From Gammaproteobacteria bacterium (GTDB taxonomy: Bacteria > Pseudomonadota > Gammaproteobacteria > GCA-001735895): a stretch of 55,807 bases of DNA. Position numbers and translations under genes: made by a program. The stretch spans positions 1 to 55,807 of the forward strand of contig JBNKUM010000110.1 in the NCBI GenBank assembly GCA_050298595.1. Direction: 5' to 3'. The notes beneath the pieces are model-generated. The model ran no database searches, was not told the DNA's origin, and worked only from the letters and a program-made list of their open reading frames with translations. This document shows positions 8,187-17,479 of this stretch, piece by piece (positions within the stretch are counted from its first letter, which is position 1; every line of letters starts with the position of its first letter).

Positions 8187-9677
8187 TTAGCTGGGAAAAG
8201 AAAAAGTAGCTCCCTCTCGAACACCAGTTGATGGCCAGCGCTGTGTAATGGTCTTACGACGCGTATAAAATCTGACCGCATCTGGTCCGTAGGCGAATAA
8301 ATCGCCAAACAAAGAACGCTTCCAGCCACCAAAACTATGGTATGAAACCGGTACCGGTAGCGGTACATTGATACCCACCATACCGACCTGAATATTGTCT
8401 GAGAAATATCGCGCTGCTTCACCATCACGGGTAAAGATGCAGGTACCATTGCCGTACTCGTGATCATTAATCAACTGCATCGCTTCATCCATGTTCGCAA
8501 CCCTCATCACCTGTAGTACGGGTCCAAATATCTCTTCCTGATAACTCACCATTGATGGCGTTACCCTGTCTATCAGGGTCGCCCCAACAAAGAAGCCATC
8601 TTCATATCCTGCGACTGCTGATGCACGACCATCAACCACCACTTCTGCACCATCCTGTTCTGCACTATTAATGTAACCGACAACTTTCTGTTGGTGTTCG
8701 CGAGTGATCAATGGTCCAAAGTCATTGCTACTATCAGCGGCAGCGCCTACTTTGAGTGGCGCCATACCAGCCTTCATTTTTTCGATCAGAGTATCTGCTG
8801 TTTTATCACCGACCGCAACAGCAACTGACAGTGCCATACAGCGTTCACCGGAAGAACCAAACGCGGCGCCAAGCAGCTGATTGACCGCATTATCAATATC
8901 AGCATCCGGCATTACAATCGCATGATTCTTGGCACCACCCAGCGCCTGACAGCGCTTGCCGTTAGCAGTAGCTGTGGTATAGATATACTCTGCAATTGCC
9001 GTAGAACCCACAAAACTGACGGCCTGTACACGCTTATCGCTTAACAGTACATCCACCGCTACCTTGTCACCATTGACCACATTCATCACACCTTCTGGCA
9101 GGCCTGCCTGCTGCAGTAATTCGGCAATGAACAGGGTTGAAGAGGGATCGCGTTCAGAAGGCTTCAGAACAAAAGTATTACCACAGGCTATAGCCATCGG
9201 ATACATCCATAAAGGTACCATAGCGGGAAAATTAAATGGCGTAATGCCAGCAACCACACCCAGAGGCTGAAACTCACTCCATGAATCGATATTGGGGCCG
9301 ACATTTTTACTATGTTCACCTTTTAACAGCTCCGCTACACCGCAGGCATATTCAACATTTTCTATGCCGCGTTGTAACTCCCCTGCTGCATCATGACTAA
9401 TCTTGCCGTGCTCTTCTCCGATTAACGCGCAAATCTTATCTGCGTTTTGTTCCAGCAGGGCTTTAAAACGGAACATAACTGCGGCCCGTTTTCCAACAGG
9501 CGTGTTTCTCCATGCAGGAAAAGCTTCCTGAGCAGCAGCAATTGCCTGCTCTACAGTTTGTTTTGAGGCGAGAGCAACCTGCCTGGAAACAGCACCTGTC
9601 GCCGGATTAAATACATCTTGCCTGCGCTCGGCATCGGCTACAATTTCACCGTTAATAAAATGGCCAACAGTTGTCAT
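8187..9677 (-). CDS. mmsA: CoA-acylating (methyl)malonate-semialdehyde dehydrogenase
   Basis: ITPFNFPAMVP, GGAKNH, GERCMA, EEIFGPVL motifs; downstream of the omega-aminotransferase. Confidence 0.93.
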   Translation of the reverse strand: MTTVGHFINGEIVADAERRQDVFNPATGAVSRQVALASKQTVEQAIAAAQEAFPAWRNTPVGKRAAVMFRFKALLEQNADKICALIGEEHGKISHDAAGELQRGIENVEYACGVAELLKGEHSKNVGPNIDSWSEFQPLGVVAGITPFNFPAMVPLWMYPMAIACGNTFVLKPSERDPSSTLFIAELLQQAGLPEGVMNVVNGDKVAVDVLLSDKRVQAVSFVGSTAIAEYIYTTATANGKRCQALGGAKNHAIVMPDADIDNAVNQLLGAAFGSSGERCMALSVAVAVGDKTADTLIEKMKAGMAPLKVGAAADSSNDFGPLITREHQQKVVGYINSAEQDGAEVVVDGRASAVAGYEDGFFVGATLIDRVTPSMVSYQEEIFGPVLQVMRVANMDEAMQLINDHEYGNGTCIFTRDGEAARYFSDNIQVGMVGINVPLPVPVSYHSFGGWKRSLFGDLFAYGPDAVRFYTRRKTITQRWPSTGVREGATFSFPS

Positions 9678-9711
9678 ATTGAGTGTCTCTTTCTAAATTC
9701 TGTGTATGTTA

Positions 9712-11058
9712 TTAATCGAGTTCATTGATTGCATCACCTAATGCATTGATCAGACTATCAATCTCTTCTTTTTCAACGGTAAAAGGCAGGCCCAGTTGAA
9801 TGGTGTCTCCGCCATAGCGTACATAGTAGCCCTTCTCCCAGCACTTCATCGCAATCTGGTATGGCCGCAGTGCAGGCTCACCGGGAAAGGCTTCAATCGT
9901 CAGCGCACCGGCCAGGCCGTAGTTTCGAATATCAGTGACATATTTGCAGCCATTGAGGCCATGTATAAGCGCTTCGAAATAAGGCGCCATAGATTTTACG
10001 CGCGCTATCAGATTGTCATTCTTCAAAATATCCAGCGCGGCAAGACCAGCCGCACAGGCCACTGGATGTGCTGAATAGGTGTAACCATGCGGCAGTTCCA
10101 GCATATACTCTGGCCCACCTTGCTGCATAAAGGTGTCGTATATTTCCTGCCTGGAAACTACTGCACCCATGGGGATAACGCCATTAGTTAGCTGTTTAGC
10201 GAGTGTCATCATATCAGGCACTACCCCAAATTCTTCGGCACCCGTATTTGAACCCATACGACCAAAACCCGTGATAACCTCATCAAAGATCAACAGGATA
10301 TTGTGCTGATCGCAGATTTCCCGCAGGCGCTTCAGGTAGCCAACAGGTGGAGGAATAACACCGGCAGACCCCGCCATTGGCTCTACGATGACGGCGGCGA
10401 TATTGGATGCATCGTGCAGTGCTATCAATTCACTCAGCTGATCTGCAATAAAAGCCCCTTGTTCAGGCATACCTTTGACAAACTTGTTTTCCGGCAACAT
10501 CGTGTGAGGGATATGTATCGCATCTATGCCCTGACCATAAAGCGCACGATTGGGACTAAGACCGCCAACACTGATACCGCCCCAGTTCACACCATGATAG
10601 CCCTTAACCCGACCGATAAAACGCGTCTTGCCTGCCTGACCCTTTTTTCTCCAGTAGGCACGCGCAATTTTCAATGCCGTTTCAACTGACTCGGAACCCG
10701 AGCCGGTAAAGAACACTCGATTCATTCCTGCTGGCATGAATTCAGTGACACGATGCGCCAACTCAAACGATTTGGGGTGTCCAAACTGGAATGCTGGCGA
10801 GTAATCAAGATTCCTGACCTGCTCACTAACCGCCTCTGAGATCTCAGGTCGACCATGCCCGGCGCCACAGGTCCATAGACCTGACAGTCCATCGAAAATA
10901 CGGCGACCGTCAGCGGAGGTGTAATAATGCCCCTGCGCGGAAACCATCAATCGGGGATTCTGCTTGAACTCTCTATTACCCGTAAAGGGCATCCAGTGCG
11001 CATCCAACTGCTGCTGAGTTAGACCACAGTCAGCTTGCATATCTGTCTTATTGAGCAT
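9712..11058 (-). CDS. bauA: Beta-alanine/omega-amino acid:pyruvate aminotransferase (class III)
   Basis: HWMPFT, FDEVITGFGR, TLAKQLTNG, HGYTYSAHP motifs. Confidence 0.88.
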   Translation of the reverse strand: MLNKTDMQADCGLTQQQLDAHWMPFTGNREFKQNPRLMVSAQGHYYTSADGRRIFDGLSGLWTCGAGHGRPEISEAVSEQVRNLDYSPAFQFGHPKSFELAHRVTEFMPAGMNRVFFTGSGSESVETALKIARAYWRKKGQAGKTRFIGRVKGYHGVNWGGISVGGLSPNRALYGQGIDAIHIPHTMLPENKFVKGMPEQGAFIADQLSELIALHDASNIAAVIVEPMAGSAGVIPPPVGYLKRLREICDQHNILLIFDEVITGFGRMGSNTGAEEFGVVPDMMTLAKQLTNGVIPMGAVVSRQEIYDTFMQQGGPEYMLELPHGYTYSAHPVACAAGLAALDILKNDNLIARVKSMAPYFEALIHGLNGCKYVTDIRNYGLAGALTIEAFPGEPALRPYQIAMKCWEKGYYVRYGGDTIQLGLPFTVEKEEIDSLINALGDAINELD

Positions 11059-11140
11059 TTCTACCCCGGGTAATTGTTTCTAAAGTTAACTTATATTACG
11101 AGGTTTATATTAGGTTAGTAAATCATTAAAATTTTAACTA

Positions 11141-11162
11141 TAGTTAACCAATTACTTAACTA
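11141..11162. promoter_or_regulatory. Candidate LysR operator
   Basis: TAGTTAA-N8-TTAACTA inverted repeat between the divergent aminotransferase and LysR genes. Confidence 0.4.
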
Positions 11163-11173
11163 AATAAACACTC

Positions 11174-12094
11174 ATGCCCCGTTCCAGAAATTTATTGCCA
11201 CGCAAACTCGGAGATTCACATATCCGACTGCTGAGAATCTATAAATCAGTTGTAGAATGCGGCGGGTTTGCAGCCACTGAGATTGAGTTAAACATCAGCA
11301 GGCCCGCCATCAGTATGGCGATCACCGAACTGGAAAGTCTGCTCGACATAAGGCTCTGTAATCGTGGCCGTTCCGGCTTTTCAGTGACGGATGAAGGCGT
11401 AAAAGTCTATGAAGCGACGCTGCAGTTGTTATCAGGACTGGAAAACTTCAGAACTCAGGTCAACACGATCAAACAGGAGTTAAGAGGAGAGTTAAATATA
11501 GGCATCACCGATAACCTGGTTACCTTTCCCAAAATGCGCGTCACTCGCTCTCTGACAAAACTAAAGGATAGAGGCCCCGAGGTTGTTATCAATATCCGAA
11601 TGATTCCACCCAATCAGATTGAAACAGGTATTCTTGATGGACAGCTTCAGATTGGTGTCGTGCCAGACCTGCGCAGGCTGCCAGATCTGAATTATATCCC
11701 TCTCTACAAGGAAAAGTCCCTGCTGTACTGTAGCAGGGAACACCCTCTGTTCGAACAGGACAACTCGAGTCTAAGCGATACAGAGCTGGCCGCATATGAT
11801 TCCGTACTACCCGCCTACCCTCAGGCTGCTGACATAAAACAACAGCAGAAAGTACTCTCTGCAAGCGCTTCCTCAACTGATAGAGAAGGTGTAGCGTTTC
11901 TTATACTCAGTGGACGATATCTGGGATTTCTTCCTACCCATTTTGCGCAACGCTGGGTTAAGGAAGGTGAGATGTATGCAGTACAGCCAGAGAAGAGAAA
12001 ATTTATTACTCATTATTCGGCCATCACCCGCAAGGCGGGCAGGCCGAATTATGTTCTTGAAGTGTTTCTGGAAGAATTACTAAAGGAATCGTAA
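11174..12094 (+). CDS. LysR-family regulator (BauR-like)
   Basis: N-terminal HTH (VVECGGF..LNISRPAIS..LESLLDIRLCNRGRSGF); divergent from bauA. Confidence 0.9.
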   Translation: MPRSRNLLPRKLGDSHIRLLRIYKSVVECGGFAATEIELNISRPAISMAITELESLLDIRLCNRGRSGFSVTDEGVKVYEATLQLLSGLENFRTQVNTIKQELRGELNIGITDNLVTFPKMRVTRSLTKLKDRGPEVVINIRMIPPNQIETGILDGQLQIGVVPDLRRLPDLNYIPLYKEKSLLYCSREHPLFEQDNSSLSDTELAAYDSVLPAYPQAADIKQQQKVLSASASSTDREGVAFLILSGRYLGFLPTHFAQRWVKEGEMYAVQPEKRKFITHYSAITRKAGRPNYVLEVFLEELLKES

Positions 12095-12101
12095 TTGCTT
12101 A

Positions 12102-13046
12102 TTAAGACAGTGCTTCGGTCATCGCTGGCACGGCTTCAAATAAATCTGCCACCAGTCCATAATCAGCAACCTGAAAAATCGGCGCTTCACTATCAGTATT
12201 GATAGCCACAATAACCTTACTTTCTTTCATACCAGCCAGATGCTGAATAGCACCAGAGATACCAACAGCAACATATAAATCAGGCGCAACAACCTTACCG
12301 GTTTGACCTACCTGGTAATCATTGGGGACATAACCTGCATCAACCGCTGCACGGGAAGCACCTACAGCCGCACCCAGCTTATCGGCCAGTGCATACAGCA
12401 GATCAAAATTCTTACCATCTTTCATGCCACGCCCACCAGAAATAATAATTTTAGCTGATGTTAGCTCAGGTCTTTCTGATGCTGAAAGCTGTCGCTCGAC
12501 AAAAGTGGAAAGCCCGCTATCGGCTACCGCCTCTACCCTCTCAACTGAAGCACTACCTGCGCCAGTTTCAGCGGCAGGAAATGACGTAGTACGTACGGTA
12601 ATCACTTTTAAGGCATCAGCCGACTGTACTTTGGCTAATGCATTGCCTGCATAAATCGGACGCACAAAAGTATCCGCAGAAACTACCTCGCTGATTTCAG
12701 ATATCTGTGAAACATCCAGTAAGGCCGCCGCACGCGGCATAAAGTTTTTACCAAAGGTGGTTGCAGGCGCTAATACATGGCTGTAAGCGGATGCAATTGC
12801 TACCACCTGTTTCGCCATATTCTCAGCCAGGTGATCTTTCAGCGCAGCACTGTCTGCCAATAGCACTCGAGCGATACCATTGATATTGCTACAGGTCTGT
12901 ACGACTTCATCACAGTCACTTCCAGCAACCAGAATATCTATATCACTAGCGCTATGCTTTGCTATCTCCAAAGCCGCTGCTACGCAATTTAATGAAGCAG
13001 CTGCAAGCTCTTTATTGTTGTGTTCAGCAATTACTAAAATAGTCAT
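12102..13046 (-). CDS. etfA: Electron transfer flavoprotein alpha subunit
   Basis: GASRAAVDAG, QVGQTGK, GISGAIQHLAGM motifs. Confidence 0.97.
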   Translation of the reverse strand: MTILVIAEHNNKELAAASLNCVAAALEIAKHSASDIDILVAGSDCDEVVQTCSNINGIARVLLADSAALKDHLAENMAKQVVAIASAYSHVLAPATTFGKNFMPRAAALLDVSQISEISEVVSADTFVRPIYAGNALAKVQSADALKVITVRTTSFPAAETGAGSASVERVEAVADSGLSTFVERQLSASERPELTSAKIIISGGRGMKDGKNFDLLYALADKLGAAVGASRAAVDAGYVPNDYQVGQTGKVVAPDLYVAVGISGAIQHLAGMKESKVIVAINTDSEAPIFQVADYGLVADLFEAVPAMTEALS

Positions 13047-13048
13047 GA

Positions 13049-13798
13049 TTAAATTACTCCTGCCTCATTTCTTAACTTATCGACCAGCTCAGTAACACTT
13101 TCGACAATGATTCCAGCACTGCGAGCTTCCGGCTCCTTAATTTCGAGGGTACTCAAACGAGGTGCAACATCCACCGCCAGGTCAGCAAGCTGGATTTTTT
13201 CCAGTGGCTTCTTTTTAGCTTTCATCACATTTGGCAGCGTTGCATAACGCGGCTCATTCAGGCGTAAATCAACCGTAATCACGGCTGGCATTTTGATTGA
13301 AATGGTTTCCAGACCACCATCAATTTCGCGTGTAGCTGTAGCCGAACCATCTGATAATTCCAGCTTTGAAGTGAAGGTGCTCTGTGACCAGCCCAGCAAG
13401 GCTGACAACATTTGTCCGGTTTGATTGGAATCGTCATCTATCGCCTGTTTACCGACCAGGACCATACCCGGGGCTTCCTTTTCCACCTGAGTTTTTAACA
13501 ATTTGGCAATAGCCAGAGGTTCCAGTTGCTCATCGGTAACGATATGTATCGAGCGATCTGCTCCCATCGCCAGTGATTGACGCAGGCTATCCTGAGCTTT
13601 TTCCGGGCCAATAGAGACAGTTACTACCTCATCCACATGCCCGGCTTCTTTCAGACGCAACGCTTCTTCCACTGCATTTTCATCGAAGGGGTTCATCGAC
13701 ATCTTTGCGTTTTCCAGGTCCATGGCTGAGCCATCGGGTTTTACTCTGGCTTTTACCTGCGGATCAAGAACGCGCTTTACACCTACTAAAACTTTCAT
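13049..13798 (-). CDS. etfB: Electron transfer flavoprotein beta subunit
   Basis: [30 protein letters not shown] motifs. Confidence 0.97.
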   Translation of the reverse strand: MKVLVGVKRVLDPQVKARVKPDGSAMDLENAKMSMNPFDENAVEEALRLKEAGHVDEVVTVSIGPEKAQDSLRQSLAMGADRSIHIVTDEQLEPLAIAKLLKTQVEKEAPGMVLVGKQAIDDDSNQTGQMLSALLGWSQSTFTSKLELSDGSATATREIDGGLETISIKMPAVITVDLRLNEPRYATLPNVMKAKKKPLEKIQLADLAVDVAPRLSTLEIKEPEARSAGIIVESVTELVDKLRNEAGVI

Positions 13799-14090
13799 AT
13801 AGTCATTCTCTAAACTTATTAATTATGAACGCAGACAGGCATTGTCTGGATCAAATGGTGACTCTTTAATCACGCTCGCTTTATACATTTCACCTAAAAT
13901 TTCTATCTCAAGGCTACTGCCTACTTCTGCATATACAGGTTCCACCAGACCCGGGATACCCGAACCGACGACCTCGCAGCCAATAACAACGACTTTAGCT
14001 GGGTGTCGATTATTAAGAAGGATTAAATATTTAGCTGTAAAAATACAGAGCCTGAAGTATATATTCCGGTCAATCCTCTATTGACCATTT

Positions 14091-14118
14091 TGCGACAGTA
14101 ACCTATCCATATGCGTCA
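14091..14118. promoter_or_regulatory. Tandem GCGWC site, period 21 (candidate GlxA/GbdR-type box)
   Basis: TGCGACA at 14091 and TGCGTCA at 14112; similar pairs at 38661, 49126 and 51493. Confidence 0.5.
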
Positions 14119-14251
14119 AAGGGTTATGCCGCTTTGGAACAGATCAAAGTCGCGAATAGATCAGATGATTCAGTCCTTACTCAGCATACTTTTGAGTATA
14201 TTCTCGCAACAAACCTGTTTCAAACCCTGGCCACCCTATTGAGTAATAATT

Positions 14252-15820
14252 ATGACTGAAAACGCAACACCAGAACGCGCAAAAAAAAGACGTGGAGGGA
14301 GAGCTGACAGAATAGCCCGTGCCAGCAATAACGCCGCAACCATCGTACCTTATATTACGCGCAAAATTCCTTACACTGAAGTACTGGATGAAGAAGGTCT
14401 ACAACTGATAGAAGCCAATGCCGAAACCATACTCAATGAGACAGGCATAGAGTTTCGCGATGATCCAGAAGCCTTACAGATCTGGAAAGATGCTGGCGCT
14501 GATGTTCAGGGAGAAAGAGTGCGCTTCCCTAAGGGTTTATGTCGCTCAATTATTCAGGCCTCAGCCCCGGCTGAGTATACCCAGCACGCCAGAAATCCAG
14601 CCCGCAACGTTCAGATTGGTGGCAAAAATACAGTCTTTGTACCCGCATACGGCAGCCCTTTTGTTTATGACATCGATCAGGGACGACGCTATGCCAAGTT
14701 AGAAGATTTCCAGAACTTTATTAAACTCGCTTACTCTTCACCAAGCATGCACCTTTCAGGTGGCACCATTTGTGAACCCGTAGACCTGCCTGTGAATAAA
14801 CGTCATTTCGATATGATTTACTCACACATGAAGTATTCTGACAAATGCTTTATGGGATCTGTTACCGCGCCAGAACGAGCGGAAGACACCGTTGAAATGT
14901 GCAAAATACTGTTTGGTGACAACTACCTTGACCCTGTATCCGGTAGACCAAAAACTATCACCACCAGCCTGATCAATGCCAATTCTCCACTAACCTTTGA
15001 TGCCACAATGCTAGGCGCTGCCAAGGTTTATGCGCGCAACAATCAGGCCTGTATCATTACACCTTTTATCCTTGCGGGTGCCATGTCACCGGTTACCGTG
15101 GCGGGTACCGCCGCCCAGACTCTGGCAGAGGCTATGGCGGGTATGGCATTTGTACAACTGGTTAACCCGGGAGCACCGGTTATTTTCGGCAGCTTTGCCA
15201 GCTCGATCTCCATGCAATCCGGTGCACCTACCTTCGGCACTCCAGAGCCCGCTCTGGTACTATATGTAATGGCCGCACTGGCCAGACGACTTGGCGTTCC
15301 TTTCCGTTCCGGCGGTAGCCTGTGTGGCTCAAAACTACCCGATGCTCAGGCTGCCAGTGAATCTGCCAACACCCTCATTCCAACTGTCATGGCTGGCGTT
15401 AACTTTGTGCTGCACTCTGCCGGCTGGATGGAAGGCGGACTTAGTATGGGCTATGAAAAATTCGTCATGGATACAGACCAGACCAACATGATGGAAATAG
15501 TGCTAAAAGGCGTCGACCTGAGTGAAAACGGGCAGGCGATGGACGCAATTCGTGAGGTGGGTCCGGGTAATCACTTTCTGGGCTGCTCGCATACCCAGGC
15601 TAACTTTAAAACCGCTTTTTACCGCTCACCAGTGACTGACAATAACAGTTTTGAACAATGGACTGCAGATGGTGGTCTTGATCAGGCCCAACGAGCGAAT
15701 GCGCTGTGGAAGAAAACCCTGCAGGCCTATCAGGCGCCAGAACTGGATCCTGCCATCGATGAAGCACTACTTGCCTATATACAACAGCGCAAAGCATCGT
15801 TTCCAGACTCCAACGTATAA
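14252..15820 (+). CDS. Trimethylamine methyltransferase family (MttB superfamily, non-pyrrolysine, MtgB-like)
   Basis: NANSPL, PFILAGAMSPVT, SGAPTFGTPE, EVGPGNHFL motifs; no in-frame amber codon. Confidence 0.92.
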   Translation: MTENATPERAKKRRGGRADRIARASNNAATIVPYITRKIPYTEVLDEEGLQLIEANAETILNETGIEFRDDPEALQIWKDAGADVQGERVRFPKGLCRSIIQASAPAEYTQHARNPARNVQIGGKNTVFVPAYGSPFVYDIDQGRRYAKLEDFQNFIKLAYSSPSMHLSGGTICEPVDLPVNKRHFDMIYSHMKYSDKCFMGSVTAPERAEDTVEMCKILFGDNYLDPVSGRPKTITTSLINANSPLTFDATMLGAAKVYARNNQACIITPFILAGAMSPVTVAGTAAQTLAEAMAGMAFVQLVNPGAPVIFGSFASSISMQSGAPTFGTPEPALVLYVMAALARRLGVPFRSGGSLCGSKLPDAQAASESANTLIPTVMAGVNFVLHSAGWMEGGLSMGYEKFVMDTDQTNMMEIVLKGVDLSENGQAMDAIREVGPGNHFLGCSHTQANFKTAFYRSPVTDNNSFEQWTADGGLDQAQRANALWKKTLQAYQAPELDPAIDEALLAYIQQRKASFPDSNV

Positions 15821-15822
15821 AA

Positions 15823-15855
15823 CTTAAGCGGGAGGTAACAGGCCTCCCGCTTAAG
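15823..15855 (+). terminator. Hairpin, likely terminator after mttB
   Basis: Perfect 13-bp stem CTTAAGCGGGAGG / CCTCCCGCTTAAG immediately after the stop; weak U-tract. Confidence 0.65.
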
Positions 15856-16018
15856 ATCTCTTACCCCAAAAACCTGCAATCAAACGATATAAATCGTCAG
15901 TTTCGGTATCCTTTCATTTTATGTTGATTTATTTACCTTCTACTGCCAATATGAATGAATATTAAGTTACGTAAAATAGCAATAAGTATTTCTCCTGTTT
16001 TTCCCTGAGATTGTAACA

Positions 16019-17011
16019 ATGCCACAACCGGACAAACCTTTTCATTTTGCTTTTCTACTGGTACCAAACTATTCGATGATTGCTGTGAGCTCGGCCATAG
16101 AACCTCTACGCATGGCAAACCAGATCTCGCAAAAAAAACTATATGACTGGACAGTTGTCACTCTTGATGGAAACCCAGTAGCCGCCAGTAACGGACTCAA
16201 AATGCAGCCCAACTGCTCGCTGGAGAATATACCAGGAGTAGACGCATTATTTTTATGTTCCGGAGTAAATGTCGCTGAGAATTTTACAAAACAACTGAAA
16301 TCAGCACTTAGTAAATTCAAAAATAAACACATCATTCTCGGCAGCCTTTGCACTGGCGCTTACCTGCTTGCTCGGAGTGGTTTACTGGATGGTTATCGCT
16401 GTACCTTACACTGGGAAAACATGGCCAGCTTCCGAGAAGATTTTCCTCAGATTCAAGTGAGTAATGAGCTTTTTGAGATTGATCGTGATCGTTACACCAG
16501 TGCTGGTGGAACTGCTTCTTTAGATATGATGCTACAACTCATTAGCAAGGGACACTCTGTAAATTTAGCCAACGAAATTTCAGAACAGTTCATGTGTGAT
16601 CGTATCCGAGATCATCACGATCATCAACGCATCCCCCTGCAACTACAACTAGGTTCCAATCAGTCAAAACTGACTGAAGCCGTCATGCTCATGGAATCGA
16701 ATATTGAAGAACCCATATCGTTAGAGGAACTATCCCATTACCTTGGTGTATCGCGCCGACAACTGGAACGATTATTCCGCAAATACCTTGACTGTGTCCC
16801 CACGCGTTACTATATGAACATCAGACTAAAACGAGCCAGACTGCTACTGCTACAAACCAACAAATCCATTATCGATGTAGCGCTTGCCTGCGGATTTGTT
16901 TCAGCGCCTCATTTCAGTAAATGCTACAGGGATTTATTCAAGGTTTCTCCACGCGAAGAAAGACAAAAGCCCTCACAGACAACCGCCCAAACAACTAGCG
17001 GAAATCAGTAA
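16019..17011 (+). CDS. GlxA-family AraC regulator with amidase-like domain (GbdR-like)
   Basis: IEPLRMAN, LCTGAYLLA, CTLHWEN, SRRQLERLF, HFSKCYR motifs. Confidence 0.92.
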   Translation: MPQPDKPFHFAFLLVPNYSMIAVSSAIEPLRMANQISQKKLYDWTVVTLDGNPVAASNGLKMQPNCSLENIPGVDALFLCSGVNVAENFTKQLKSALSKFKNKHIILGSLCTGAYLLARSGLLDGYRCTLHWENMASFREDFPQIQVSNELFEIDRDRYTSAGGTASLDMMLQLISKGHSVNLANEISEQFMCDRIRDHHDHQRIPLQLQLGSNQSKLTEAVMLMESNIEEPISLEELSHYLGVSRRQLERLFRKYLDCVPTRYYMNIRLKRARLLLLQTNKSIIDVALACGFVSAPHFSKCYRDLFKVSPREERQKPSQTTAQTTSGNQ

Positions 17012-17055
17012 TTCTTTGTTATGAACACATAACCATTAACCCCCAAAACCTCAAT

Positions 17056-17474
17056 TGAACTGCTTTCAGGTTGATAATACAGACAGCCCACCCTACCTGT
17101 AATGAGGCATATATTGCCCAATATCCATACATATAAAGTCAGCACCTTATGCATCGTCAATTTGATGTAGCACAACTGGTCTGAGATGCGTTGCAGATGG
17201 GGATTTGGCGGCTCGACCAAAAGCGGGACAGATCCATTATTCAGATCAAGGAAACCAGTATACAAGTGAAGTATTCAGCAAACTGCTCAAGACCAATGCT
17301 ATACAGAGTAGCATGAGCCGAAAAGGTGACTGTTTGGATAATACTGTGGTGGAAAGCCTCTTTGACACCTTAAAGTAGCAACAGGTACAAAGAAAAAAAC
17401 ACCAGACCCGACTTGAAACTCAGCAGGATTTTTTGCAGTACATTACCAGTCACTGGGTTGAGAGCTGCAGTTAA
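17056..17474 (+). pseudogene. IS3-family transposase remnant
   Basis: From 17235 it translates HYSDQGNQYTSEVF...SMSRKGDCLDNTVVESLFDTLK* (IS3 DDE core). Possible ends TGAACTGC (17056) / GCAGTTAA (17467). Confidence 0.75.
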
Positions 17475-17479
17475 GGCGT

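Noticed and set aside
14252-15820. Pyrrolysine recoding in the MttB homolog
   Set aside because: The ORF is open end to end with no in-frame TAG, and there are no pyl genes.
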